A DNA stretch of 64,000 nt. Source: an uncultured Candidatus Micrarchaeota archaeon (GTDB taxonomy: Archaea > Micrarchaeota > Micrarchaeia > Micrarchaeales > Micrarchaeaceae). How positions within the stretch are numbered: the first letter of the stretch is position 1; each line of letters opens with the position of its first letter. The position numbers were made by a program, and so were the translations under genes. Below are positions 29,403 to 39,077 of this stretch, piece after piece. Location of the stretch: positions 32,001 through 96,000 of the forward strand of contig CAVUGN010000005.1 in the NCBI GenBank assembly GCA_963741095.1. The letters are read 5' to 3'. Under the pieces are notes generated by a model. That model worked only from the letters and a program-made list of their open reading frames with translations. It searched no databases and had not been told where the DNA came from.

Positions 29403-30104
29403 TCATTCTCCTTGATAGAATATGTCGCTGTTGAGCGGCCTCACAACACCGAAGTGCTGCTTCCAGCCTATCTCCTTCTTGCCCACGCATATGGTGCATG
29501 TTCCTACCGGCGGGTTGCCCCTCAAGAAGAGCGGGAACTTGATGTCATTCGACTTCTCTATCTTGTTCACCAGCGGCTCTATGCCTATGCCGTACAAGGC
29601 GTTAGTCTCGAAGACGTGCGAATCCTTCGCAGCGTCCATTATCCTTGCCCTGAAGACCTCTCTTTCTGCCTGCGATATCATGTCTATCTTTGTTACCACG
29701 ACCATGTCCGCGAGCGAGAGCATCGGACCCACCTTGTTCGGCAGGTTCGCTCCGCTTGTCGCTTCCAACACGACCATGCCCAAAGATGATTCCACATAAG
29801 GCGAGCATCTCAGGCACAGCCCAGCCGTTTCTATGAAAAGCATCTCTGCGCCCTCCTTTGCCGCCCATTCTATCGCGTCCCCTATGACCATCACGTTGCA
29901 GTGATCGGGGCAAAGTTCACCAGAGTAGACCTTCTTCGTGGGTATGTTGAACTCCTTCGCGAATATCTCGTCCTCATCGGCGTACTGCACGTCGATCTTG
30001 ACGTATGCCATCTTCGTGCCCTTCTCTGCAAACTTCTTGACTATCCTTCTCAACACGGTCGTCTTGCCGGTTGTGGGCGGACCCGCGCATATAACCATTT
30101 TCAT
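29403..30104 (-). CDS. HypB/UreG/CobW-like (G3E) GTP-binding protein
   Basis: GPPTTGKT, LCPDH, ETAGLCLRCSPY, TKID. Confidence 0.88.
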   Translation of the reverse strand: MKMVICAGPPTTGKTTVLRRIVKKFAEKGTKMAYVKIDVQYADEDEIFAKEFNIPTKKVYSGELCPDHCNVMVIGDAIEWAAKEGAEMLFIETAGLCLRCSPYVESSLGMVVLEATSGANLPNKVGPMLSLADMVVVTKIDMISQAEREVFRARIMDAAKDSHVFETNALYGIGIEPLVNKIEKSNDIKFPLFLRGNPPVGTCTICVGKKEIGWKQHFGVVRPLNSDIFYQGE

Positions 30105-30115
30105 CTTATCACCAA

Positions 30116-30913
30116 TCAAATATACCCTAAGGCTTCAAGCCTTTCCTCGATCATGTGCTTCTTTATCGTCTCTCCGTTCCTGATCCTGTCACGGAAGTGC
30201 GATATGACGTCGTCGAGCTTCCTCAGCTCCTCTGCGACCTGCTTCTCCTCGGCTTCCGGCATTATCAGCTTCTGCATTGCGCCGTTCTGCATGACTATCC
30301 TGTAATCGGACAGCAGCGCAATCCTCGGATCATGCGTGACGAAGATGAATATCTTCTTATAGTTCTTGAGCAGCTGCAGCGCCTTCGTCCTGTTTATGCC
30401 GGCGTTCTCTATCTCGTCAAGCAGTATTATCGGGGAATTGCCTATGATCACGGCATCCGCGATCAGCAAGGCTCTAGTCTGCCCCCCAGACAGCTCGGTC
30501 ATGGAGTTGTCCATGTCCAGCGGCTCTCCTGTTAGCTGGTTGGCGAACTCCACAGTTTCCTTGACAACCTCCTTGCTGTCGGATCTTCTTATCTTGGCGT
30601 GTATCTCCAGGAACTTCTTCACTGGAAGGTCTGAAAGGAAGTTTGTGTGCTGCGATATCAACGCCATCGGGTTCTTGTATGGGTCAGAACGCAGCTCTTC
30701 CGGAGGTATCGCTCCGTTGATCAATATCTTTCTCTTCGAAGGCGTGTTCTGGTTCGCGAAGAGCTCTATGTCGTTTATGAAGGTAGTCTTTCCGCAGCCG
30801 GTGGGGCCGACTATGCTCACTATGTCGCCCATCTTCATGTTCACCTCTGTTATGGGCTCCTTTTTCCCGTCCTTTCCGGTACCCCCCATTATCGTGAGTT
30901 TTTTTATCTCCAT
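30116..30913 (-). CDS. ABC-type ATPase (soluble, partner of GTPase and Fe-S protein)
   Basis: GPTGCGKT, LSGGQ, LLDEIEN, VTHD; start moved to MEIKK. Confidence 0.9.
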   Translation of the reverse strand: MEIKKLTIMGGTGKDGKKEPITEVNMKMGDIVSIVGPTGCGKTTFINDIELFANQNTPSKRKILINGAIPPEELRSDPYKNPMALISQHTNFLSDLPVKKFLEIHAKIRRSDSKEVVKETVEFANQLTGEPLDMDNSMTELSGGQTRALLIADAVIIGNSPIILLDEIENAGINRTKALQLLKNYKKIFIFVTHDPRIALLSDYRIVMQNGAMQKLIMPEAEEKQVAEELRKLDDVISHFRDRIRNGETIKKHMIEERLEALGYI

Positions 30914-31066
30914 TCCATAGCACCTTTTCCCATTATGTATGTAGTTTAATGTTATAACATTAAGATATAAATAGGTTTGTCTTGCGGCTTGTGGGATACG
31001 TTGGAAAACGTAGATGGACGGCTGCCATAAATATTTGGCAAGCGTAAATGAATCTAGGCGTACTGC

Positions 31067-32068
31067 ATGAGCGAGGAGAAAGGGGCGCAGAAAGCAAATG
31101 ACGGGAGGATGACTTCCGACAGAGCGGACGCGATGAGGGCGTTCGTCAGGCAGGCAGATGGCCAGTCGGGCACAGAGATAAAAAAGCAGACTACGGAACT
31201 GAACAATTTTATAAGGAGGGTCGGTCCCCCCATAAAGAAAAGTGGTGTGGACGAGGAGGAGGCAAGGGAGCTTGGAAGGAAACTCGTCGGGGAATTGAAC
31301 AGAACGAATTATGACGGGATAATGATTGATGCGAATCTGAATAATGTCAGGGATCTGGTACGTGACGGAGCGAAAATATATTCGGAGGCACTGCGTATGG
31401 CTATGGCACATGAACAGGTAGACATTGTCAAATTTCTCATAGAAAATGGAGCGGATGTCAACTGTGGATGGGATAGGGGAGCGACGCCGTTGATGTACGC
31501 TGTACGCGAAGGCAATAAGGAGATTGTCGAACTATTGCTGAACGCAGGCGCGGACATGAATGCCATGGATCGCGAAGGCACAACTGCGCTGATGTCGGCG
31601 TCGTCGAGGGGCTACGCGGATATTGTTGACCTGTTGGTACAAAGGGGCGCCGACGTGGATGTGATTGGTTTTATGGGCAGAAAGGCGGTGAATTTTGCTA
31701 GGGATAACGTCATAAGGCAGATGCTCGAAGGGAAACCGTTTGTTCCAGGAACAAAAGTTGAGACAGTAAAGGAAGTGGATGCTGCAGAGGCGAAGATGTT
31801 GGGTGTGCAGCTGCTTGAGGAAACGATTGAAAGAAAGACCGACTTTGGCAAGGTCAAAGAGTTGATAGATAACGGAGCGGATGTGGACATGAGAGATAAG
31901 AATGGCCTGACGCCGCTGATGTACGCTTCGTTTGGCGGCGACGTCGAAGTTGTTGATTACCTGCTGCGCTGCGGTGCTTACGCGGGATTGCGGGATAACG
32001 ACGGCAAGACAGCCGCGGATTACGCCTACAGGTATGATATAAGGAAGATGCTCCAAGAAGCAGCATAA
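31067..32068 (+). CDS. Ankyrin repeat protein with conserved N-terminal leader
   Basis: GATPLMYA, GTTALMSA, GLTPLMYA repeats; NDGRMTSDRADAMRAFVRQADG leader. Confidence 0.92.
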   Translation: MSEEKGAQKANDGRMTSDRADAMRAFVRQADGQSGTEIKKQTTELNNFIRRVGPPIKKSGVDEEEARELGRKLVGELNRTNYDGIMIDANLNNVRDLVRDGAKIYSEALRMAMAHEQVDIVKFLIENGADVNCGWDRGATPLMYAVREGNKEIVELLLNAGADMNAMDREGTTALMSASSRGYADIVDLLVQRGADVDVIGFMGRKAVNFARDNVIRQMLEGKPFVPGTKVETVKEVDAAEAKMLGVQLLEETIERKTDFGKVKELIDNGADVDMRDKNGLTPLMYASFGGDVEVVDYLLRCGAYAGLRDNDGKTAADYAYRYDIRKMLQEAA

Positions 32069-32234
32069 ACAGAGATCAGTTTCGTCTTGCATGCCCGTCG
32101 TCATATCAATTTTCTCTGGAGGTTCTTGGAAGCGGCCAAACGCCTAGAATAAGGCGATTTCGTCGATCAACGGAGGTGGACTTCGTATATAAATATCTCG
32201 GAAATTAAAATATGATATAGAATAAAGCGATACT

Positions 32235-33587
32235 ATGGCATACGATAGCTTTGACAAGATCGAGGATGCAGTTGACGTCGCGACGAGGGGCTTCTACCAC
32301 ACGACTCCGGTAATAAATTACTCGGACGCCAGGAACAACACGTTGGACCTGGGATTGAGGGAGTTCTACATCCTTGGAGCGGTGAGCGGCTGCAACATGC
32401 TGGTCACCGGAGGAACGGGCATAGGCAAGACCGTGTTCTCAGAGGCATTCTTGAATGCGATGTACGGGATAGACTGGGCCTACCTGCAGGTCGACGCAAG
32501 CCTTGACATGAACAAGCTTAGGAACATAGATTTCGAAACGATAAGGAACGGCTCGGGCACGCTGGCCGATGCGGTGAAAGAGACGAAATTCCTCACCGCT
32601 TCTGCGGTGCTTGTGGATGAGTTCAACAGGGCCATACCGGAACAGACCTCGATACTGCACGGATGGCTGACCAACGGCGCTGTCGGGCTTGAGGGGGGCA
32701 AGACGTTCAACACGGGCAAAGAGGTTAATGGAGGCGGCAGGTACCAGTTCAAGATCGCAACAATAAACGAGGGCAGCGGGTACACCGGAACGAAGCAGCT
32801 TGATATGGCTGCGCGTGCAAGGTTCGCGGTGGAGCTGAACCTTGACATATTCCAGCAGAGCGACGTCGACGCAAGGGCGATGCTGATGGACACGAACAAG
32901 TTCGCGCCTCCAGAGGCAGGCATCGGAGCGGGGGTGGCCAAGGAGGTCTTCCAGCTTCACGTAGATGCCAGGAGATTGCCGCTTGACACGATCGTGGAGG
33001 AGCTCTTCGTCTACATGACCAAGATGAACAACTGCATAAGGTCGCCGGAGGGCACCAAGATGAGCATAGAGACCTTCAACGAGCAGTACTGCTCTGGCTG
33101 CCATGCTAATGCGCAGTACCACGAGGCGTGCGCGAACTTCCATGCGCCGTCGCCAAGAGTGCTCCGCGACCTGATGGCGTTCTCGAAGGCGTTTGCGGCC
33201 TACAGGATGCACAAGCTGCCAAACACGCCGAACACGGTGACGCTTGACGATGTGAACGCTGTGGGCTCTTTCGTGGTCACCGCAGAGAAGCTCGGCATAA
33301 ACAGGGGCTGGGTGCACCAGTTCGCCGAGGACAGCGGCTACAACGCCACGAAAGAGGCGCTGAAGCTGATAAGCCTGAAGTTCGTCGTGGACAGCAAGGC
33401 GATGATACCATTCATAGACAGCGAGGCGCGGGGCACAAAGCTTGGCAAGGATGACGTGCAGAAACTGGGCACTATACTCAGGGGAAGCCCGTGGGCGGCA
33501 AGGAACAGGGATGAACTAAGAACCCTGTACAACGAGACCAAGACCGCGACCGAGGCGCAGAAGGCCAGCAAGTCGAAGAGTTCATAA
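32235..33587 (+). CDS. MoxR-like AAA+ ATPase
   Basis: GGTGIGKT Walker A, LVDEFNRA Walker B, ATIN, LD.A.RARF, SPR sensor. Confidence 0.85.
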   Translation: MAYDSFDKIEDAVDVATRGFYHTTPVINYSDARNNTLDLGLREFYILGAVSGCNMLVTGGTGIGKTVFSEAFLNAMYGIDWAYLQVDASLDMNKLRNIDFETIRNGSGTLADAVKETKFLTASAVLVDEFNRAIPEQTSILHGWLTNGAVGLEGGKTFNTGKEVNGGGRYQFKIATINEGSGYTGTKQLDMAARARFAVELNLDIFQQSDVDARAMLMDTNKFAPPEAGIGAGVAKEVFQLHVDARRLPLDTIVEELFVYMTKMNNCIRSPEGTKMSIETFNEQYCSGCHANAQYHEACANFHAPSPRVLRDLMAFSKAFAAYRMHKLPNTPNTVTLDDVNAVGSFVVTAEKLGINRGWVHQFAEDSGYNATKEALKLISLKFVVDSKAMIPFIDSEARGTKLGKDDVQKLGTILRGSPWAARNRDELRTLYNETKTATEAQKASKSKSS

Positions 33588-33604
33588 AGATGGAATAGCC
33601 GCCG

Positions 33605-35530
33605 GTGCACATCATGATCGACAAAAACTACATGAGGGACGAGGTGCAGAGCCTGCTCCACCGCGAGAGGTGGGACACGGTCTACAAGCTCACGGTCGAT
33701 CGCGAGAAGGAGATGAAGCAGCTCTTCACCGGGATGATGAACAGCGACACCTGGGAGCTCAAGATAGTGCTGGACGAGAAGTTCGAGAGCAAGGAGGCGG
33801 AGGTGCTCGCAAAGACGAAGCTTCAGGTGGACGAACCTTATCAAAAGCTCGCGAGGGCGCTCGCAAGGCACGAGCTCGGCCACTGGATGCACTGCCCGTT
33901 GGATGCCTCTTATGTGCCGCTGCTGTTCGATGCGGTGAGCAACGGCCTGAAGGAGGCATCGTTCGACGAGAGCGAGATAGCGCAGAGCGCGCCGTACGTC
34001 ATGAACATGTTCAGCGACACGCTGGTCAACATGCTCGAGGGCAAGGATTCCGAGTATTCTGAGGGCCAGACGACCATCTACAACACGTTCTTCTACACGG
34101 GCATGGACCGTTCGGGGCACGTTCCGGAGTATTTCAGCATGTTCGTTGACACCTGGATGAATTTCATAGGCAAGAGCAAAGTGGAGAGAAACCTTGTCAA
34201 GGACTTTGCCGGCGATTACAAGAAGGTTGAGGCGGTCAGCAGGGAGCTGCTCGAGAGCATCATGGGCAAGACGCTGGCGGAGCGGACAATCTCCAACAGC
34301 CTCAACGAGGTGGAGAGGGAGCAGGTGCGCGACACGCTCAGGGACACCTCGAAGTGGCACAAGATGGCCCAGGATTACGCCAGGATCATGGCGCCCTACG
34401 TCAAGGACGAGGCCAAGGACATGGAGGGCAGGATCTCGCTGACGCCCATGATAGGCAAGATGATGGAGGGCGAGGGCAGGAAGCAGATGATAAAGAAGCT
34501 GCTTGAGGGCAAGGGCAAGGAGGACCAGAACAAGGACAAGAGCCAGGTTCAGCCAGGCCCAGGCCCGGAGCAGAATGGCGATTACGACCGCGCCAGGAGG
34601 ATGATAAACAAGGCGAAGCGCCACCTGGACGACCCGGTCATGGACAACTTCCAGAAGTACGAGGTGTTTGACGAGGCTTACAAGATGGCGGCCGGGGAGA
34701 TAGTGCTCAAGTTCATAAAGCCGGAGGGCGTGGACGAAGCAGCGTTCCCGATGTTCTACACGAAGACGACCCTCACGGAAAAGCTGCCCGGCAACACCAA
34801 CAACATAGACTGGGGCAGGACCATGATAGTCAATGACAGCAAGATGCTGCTTTCGAGGAAGGAGAACCCGTTCACCATAAGCGGGGGCATGAACGGCCCC
34901 GGCAGCTTCGAGGACATAGTCTTCATTGTGGACAACTCGGGCAGCATGGGCTGGGAGGGAAGAGCCTTCGACGACAGCAAGTACGACATGGCGCTCAGGG
35001 CGATCTATTCGTCATTGAACTATCTTGAGAAGTGCGGCAAGGCGCCCTACATAAGGTACGGGGTGCTGCAGTTCGGTTGGAGGGACAGGACCACCTGGAG
35101 CGGCTGGGTCGGCTACAACGAACTGGACACGTTCAAGAGCCAGCTGTTCGAGAAGTACCAGAACAGCGGCGAGACCGTACTGGATCCCGGCAAGGTCAGC
35201 AAGACGAACGAGGACACCAGGCGCCACTTCCTGGGCATAATGGTCAGCGATGGCGAGCTCCACAACGCGCCGGAGGCGGCCGCTGCGGTGAACAGGGTCA
35301 TCGGCAACAACAACGACTTCATACTTCTTCAGATACAGCAGGATGCAAACGACTTCTCGAGGAGCATAGCGAGGGCCGGCGCGACGATAGTCAAGGTGGA
35401 CGAGCCGAAGGACCTCGTGGGCCTTACCCTCACGGTGGTAAAGAACACCTACGCTCCGGAGAACTTCAGCCTGACGATGCTCAGGCAGGATTCCACGTCT
35501 GCGCAGCAGACAAGGAGCAAGTCGTTCTGA
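33605..35530 (+). CDS. vWA-domain protein with N-terminal HExxH motif
   Basis: HELGH; VFIVDNSGSM MIDAS; VSDG. Confidence 0.85.
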   Translation: MHIMIDKNYMRDEVQSLLHRERWDTVYKLTVDREKEMKQLFTGMMNSDTWELKIVLDEKFESKEAEVLAKTKLQVDEPYQKLARALARHELGHWMHCPLDASYVPLLFDAVSNGLKEASFDESEIAQSAPYVMNMFSDTLVNMLEGKDSEYSEGQTTIYNTFFYTGMDRSGHVPEYFSMFVDTWMNFIGKSKVERNLVKDFAGDYKKVEAVSRELLESIMGKTLAERTISNSLNEVEREQVRDTLRDTSKWHKMAQDYARIMAPYVKDEAKDMEGRISLTPMIGKMMEGEGRKQMIKKLLEGKGKEDQNKDKSQVQPGPGPEQNGDYDRARRMINKAKRHLDDPVMDNFQKYEVFDEAYKMAAGEIVLKFIKPEGVDEAAFPMFYTKTTLTEKLPGNTNNIDWGRTMIVNDSKMLLSRKENPFTISGGMNGPGSFEDIVFIVDNSGSMGWEGRAFDDSKYDMALRAIYSSLNYLEKCGKAPYIRYGVLQFGWRDRTTWSGWVGYNELDTFKSQLFEKYQNSGETVLDPGKVSKTNEDTRRHFLGIMVSDGELHNAPEAAAAVNRVIGNNNDFILLQIQQDANDFSRSIARAGATIVKVDEPKDLVGLTLTVVKNTYAPENFSLTMLRQDSTSAQQTRSKSF

Positions 35531-35542
35531 GCGCGTGGTTCG

Positions 35543-36295
35543 ATGGACGCCGAGAAGGGTAACCAGAAGGCGAACGATGGGAGGATGACACCCCAGATAG
35601 CGGACGCGCTGAGGGCTTTTGTCGATAAAGCGGCACCGGCACAAGAAGACCTGGTGGTGGCCGTCAATGAAACCAAAAAGCAGCCAGAACCGGTTAGCGC
35701 CCTAGGGCGAGATGACCCAAGGCAAGGCAAACAGCCGTTGATTGAAGCGGCGGAGGCATACCCTCCGAAAACAAGGGAATTCAGAGAGCTGTTGAAAGAC
35801 GGCTTCTGGAATGTAAACGCTCAGGATAATGACGGCAAGACCGCGCTGATGGCTGTAGCAGATAACGCCAGCATGGGTAGGGAGTATAGGAAGTTTGCCG
35901 AGATGCTGATACGCCATGGTGCGATCGTGGACATGAGGGATAATCTTGGACAGACCGCGCTGATGTACGCTTCGTGGCGCGACAATGTAGGTATGGCCAA
36001 GATGCTTATACAAAGCGGTGCGGATGTAAATTTGGCGGATAATGAGGGCGAGACTGCGTTGATGCATGCTGCCAACCGCGACATCGAGATTGCCAAGATG
36101 CTGATACGAAGCGGCGCGATTGTGGACACCAAGGACAAAAAGGGCCAGACGGCGCTGATGTGGGCTTCAGGAAAAGAACAAACTGAGATTGTTGAAATGC
36201 TGCTGAAGAGCGGCGCAGATGAGAGTTTGAGGGATATTTTCGGGTACACTGCTGCAACTTACTCAAACAAAAGCATTAGGGAAATCCCTTTATGA
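35543..36295 (+). CDS. Ankyrin repeat protein with conserved N-terminal leader
   Basis: G.TALM.A repeats; NDGRMTPQIADALRAFVDKA leader. Confidence 0.9.
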   Translation: MDAEKGNQKANDGRMTPQIADALRAFVDKAAPAQEDLVVAVNETKKQPEPVSALGRDDPRQGKQPLIEAAEAYPPKTREFRELLKDGFWNVNAQDNDGKTALMAVADNASMGREYRKFAEMLIRHGAIVDMRDNLGQTALMYASWRDNVGMAKMLIQSGADVNLADNEGETALMHAANRDIEIAKMLIRSGAIVDTKDKKGQTALMWASGKEQTEIVEMLLKSGADESLRDIFGYTAATYSNKSIREIPL

Positions 36296-36357
36296 GAAGC
36301 TTCTTGAAGGCGGAGTTTGTAGAAAAGGCTTTTAAGCGTATCCCAGCAAACTGCTTA

Positions 36358-36556
36358 CCATGGAAGGATCGGCGCAGTGCAGGCATTCTCTAAAATATCT
36401 GTTAGCTTCCCCTCTAACCTTAGGGAGCAACGGCACTCTAGTCGCCATGGGGTCTTGCGTTTTGCGCTAATTGTAGAGTCCTTCTCGTTAATCGGTTTGA
36501 TGTTGTAACTTGTTCCTGCGTGGAGCATCGCCGCTTTGCGGCCAGTCTCTCCATAG
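36358..36556 (+). ncRNA. Candidate structured RNA or 5' leader upstream of the LeuA-family gene
   Basis: 5'/3' end complementarity and nested stems; TATA-like TTTTAAG at 36330-36336; strand not certain. Confidence 0.4.
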
Positions 36557-36590
36557 CTAGTCCTTGCAATCATGCTTTAGAAGTGGTTAG

Positions 36591-37736
36591 ATGCAAATAA
36601 CAATCTTTGACACGACGCTGAGGGACGGAGCGCAGAGCCCGGGAGTGGCGCTAAGGACGGCTGACATGGTTGAGGTCGCCAGATCCGTGGATGGGCTGGG
36701 GGTGAATGTCATCGAGGCGGGGTTCGCGGTGACATCGCCTGGCGAGCGGGAGGGCATGAAGATGATAGCGAACGCCGGACTGAAGGCTGAGATCTGCGGC
36801 CTTGCGCGCGCCGACAAGGGCGACATCGATGCAGTGAGGGAGACGGGTATAAAATATGTGCACCTCTTCATCGGCACATCCGAAACGCACCTCAGGGACA
36901 AGCTTAGGATGACGCAGGGCGAGGCGCTGCAGAAGGCGGAGGGCGCGGTGGGCTACGCCAAATCCATGGGCATGAAAGTGGAGTTCTCGGCCGAGGATGC
37001 GACGGACACCGAGATGGGCTTCCTGAAGGAGGTCTACAGGGCAGTTGCAAGGGCGGGTGCCGACAGGATCAACATACCCGACACGCTCGGACGCGCCACG
37101 CCCAGGCAGATGGCGCGCACAATCCGCGAGATGATGTCCGTTGTGGACCTGCCGATAAGCGCTCACTGCCACGACGATTTCGGGCTTGCCGTAGCCAACT
37201 CGATCGCAGCAATAGAGGCCGGGGCGCAGTGCGTGCACGTCACGATCAACGGAGTTGGAGAAAGAGCGGGAAACGCCGCGCTTGAAGAGGTTGTCGGGAT
37301 CATAAAGCACCTCTCACTGGATGGGGAGTACAGCACCAGCGTCGACCTCAAGGGAGTGTACGAGACATCGCGGCTGGTTTCTTCGCTTTTCGGCATGCCG
37401 GTGCAGCCGAACAAGGCGATAGTGGGCGGCAACGCCTTCGCGCACGAGTCCGGGATACACACGCACGGCATACTGAGGAATCCGAAGACATACCAATACG
37501 TGAGCCCGGACAATTTCGGGAGGACGACCACGATAGTCAACGGCAAGCATTCCGGGGTCCACGGCGTGCAGGCCACTCTCGCGAAGTACGGGATCGAAGC
37601 TCCAAGGGAGAATCTCCTCGAGATTGTGGAGATGATAAAGAGGGCCGGCGACGAGGGCAAGCAGGTCAGCGATGCGGATGTGGTGGCTATGGCAAGGAGA
37701 GTCGAAAGGAGGATGGAGGAGGCGCTGGAGAATTAG
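36591..37736 (+). CDS. 2-isopropylmalate/homocitrate/citramalate synthase family, no regulatory domain
   Basis: DTTLRDGAQ, HCHDDFGLA, GERAGNA, FAHESGIH. Confidence 0.92.
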   Translation: MQITIFDTTLRDGAQSPGVALRTADMVEVARSVDGLGVNVIEAGFAVTSPGEREGMKMIANAGLKAEICGLARADKGDIDAVRETGIKYVHLFIGTSETHLRDKLRMTQGEALQKAEGAVGYAKSMGMKVEFSAEDATDTEMGFLKEVYRAVARAGADRINIPDTLGRATPRQMARTIREMMSVVDLPISAHCHDDFGLAVANSIAAIEAGAQCVHVTINGVGERAGNAALEEVVGIIKHLSLDGEYSTSVDLKGVYETSRLVSSLFGMPVQPNKAIVGGNAFAHESGIHTHGILRNPKTYQYVSPDNFGRTTTIVNGKHSGVHGVQATLAKYGIEAPRENLLEIVEMIKRAGDEGKQVSDADVVAMARRVERRMEEALEN

Positions 37737-37737
37737 C

Positions 37738-38997
37738 TCAGGTGCCGCCCTCCCAGCTCGTGAGGTAGCTCTCCTGCTCGTCCGTCAGGCTGTCTATCTT
37801 TATCCCCATCGCGTCCAGCTGGAGCTGCGCTATCCTCGCGTCGGCTTCCGGCGGCAGTGTCAGCACCGCAGGCTTCATCTTGCCCCTGTTGGCGCAGATG
37901 TACTCGCACGCAAGGACCTGGCCGCAGAAGCTCGTTGCCATGACCTCGCTGGGATGGCCTTCCGCAGCGGCAAGGTTGACCAGTCTTCCCTCTGCGCAGA
38001 GGTAGATCCTCTTTCCATCAACATCATACTCTTCCAACGAATCTCTTACCCGGCGCTTGGAAAACTTCTCGTTCATCCCAGCAACGTCGATCTCCACGTC
38101 GAAGTGGCCGGAGTTGGCGATTATCGCGCCGTCCTTCATTCTTGCGACGTGTTCAACTCTTATTATGTTCTTGTCCCCGGTTGCCGTGACGAAGATGTCG
38201 CCAAGCATCGCGGCCTCTGCCATCGGCATGACCCTGAAACCGTCCAACGCGGCCTGCAGCGCCTTGAAGTGGTCGACCTCCGTGACTATGACGTTCGCGC
38301 CCATGCCCTTCGCCCTCATCGCAAGGCCCTTGCCGCATGAGCCGTAACCGGCCACAACGAACTCCTTGCCCGCGATGAGCACGTTCGTCGCCCTCAGAAC
38401 GCCATCTATGCTTGATTGCCCTGTGCCATAGTAGTTGTCAAGAAGGTGCTTTGTCTGGTTGTCGTTCACCGCGATCACGGGGTACTTGAGCTTGCCCGCC
38501 TTCGCCATCGCCCTGAGCCTTATCACCCCGGTTGTGGTCTCCTCGCAGCCGCCCAGCATCTCCTTCAGGAGTTCCGGGTGCTTCTCATGTATCCTGGTCA
38601 CGAGGTCGCAGCCGTCGTCTATCGTCAGGTTCGGCTTCGACTCTATGACGCTGTCTATGAACTTGTAGTAATCCTCGACGCTCTCGCCCTTGTAGCCGAA
38701 GACGTGTATGCCCTCCTTCGCGAGCTGCGCGGCGACGTCGTCCTGGGTTGAAAGAGGATTGCAGCTGGCGATCGCGACGCTGGCGCCGCCGGCCATCAGC
38801 GTCCTGACCAGCACCGCGGTCTCCTTCGTGAGATGAAGCGCCATGCCTATCCTGACGCCCTTGAAGGGCAGGCTCTTCTTGAGCTGCTCCCTTATCTTGA
38901 TGAGCGCGGGCATGCGCATCTCCGCAAGCTCTATATTGAGCAGGCCCTTCTTCGCGAGGGCCATGTCCTTTACCGCGTACGTTGATGACTTGTCCAT
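37738..38997 (-). CDS. ahcY: Adenosylhomocysteinase
   Basis: SCNPLSTQD, EETTTG, DNYYGTGQS, GRLVNLAAAEGHP. Confidence 0.97.
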   Translation of the reverse strand: MDKSSTYAVKDMALAKKGLLNIELAEMRMPALIKIREQLKKSLPFKGVRIGMALHLTKETAVLVRTLMAGGASVAIASCNPLSTQDDVAAQLAKEGIHVFGYKGESVEDYYKFIDSVIESKPNLTIDDGCDLVTRIHEKHPELLKEMLGGCEETTTGVIRLRAMAKAGKLKYPVIAVNDNQTKHLLDNYYGTGQSSIDGVLRATNVLIAGKEFVVAGYGSCGKGLAMRAKGMGANVIVTEVDHFKALQAALDGFRVMPMAEAAMLGDIFVTATGDKNIIRVEHVARMKDGAIIANSGHFDVEIDVAGMNEKFSKRRVRDSLEEYDVDGKRIYLCAEGRLVNLAAAEGHPSEVMATSFCGQVLACEYICANRGKMKPAVLTLPPEADARIAQLQLDAMGIKIDSLTDEQESYLTSWEGGT

Positions 38998-39077
38998 GAG
39001 ATCACTTTTTGTCTAAATGCAATATGCCGAAGCCCATGCCTGCAGCGCCTGCAATCGCTCCGCTGCAGAAGGCGGGG

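Noticed and set aside
30914-31411. Long N-terminal extension of the ABC ATPase
   Set aside because: It is the antisense of the ankyrin gene and the divergent promoter region.
36358-36556. SRP RNA, RNase P RNA or lysine riboswitch
   Set aside because: The diagnostic conserved motifs are not present; only fragments such as GGGAGCAAC match.
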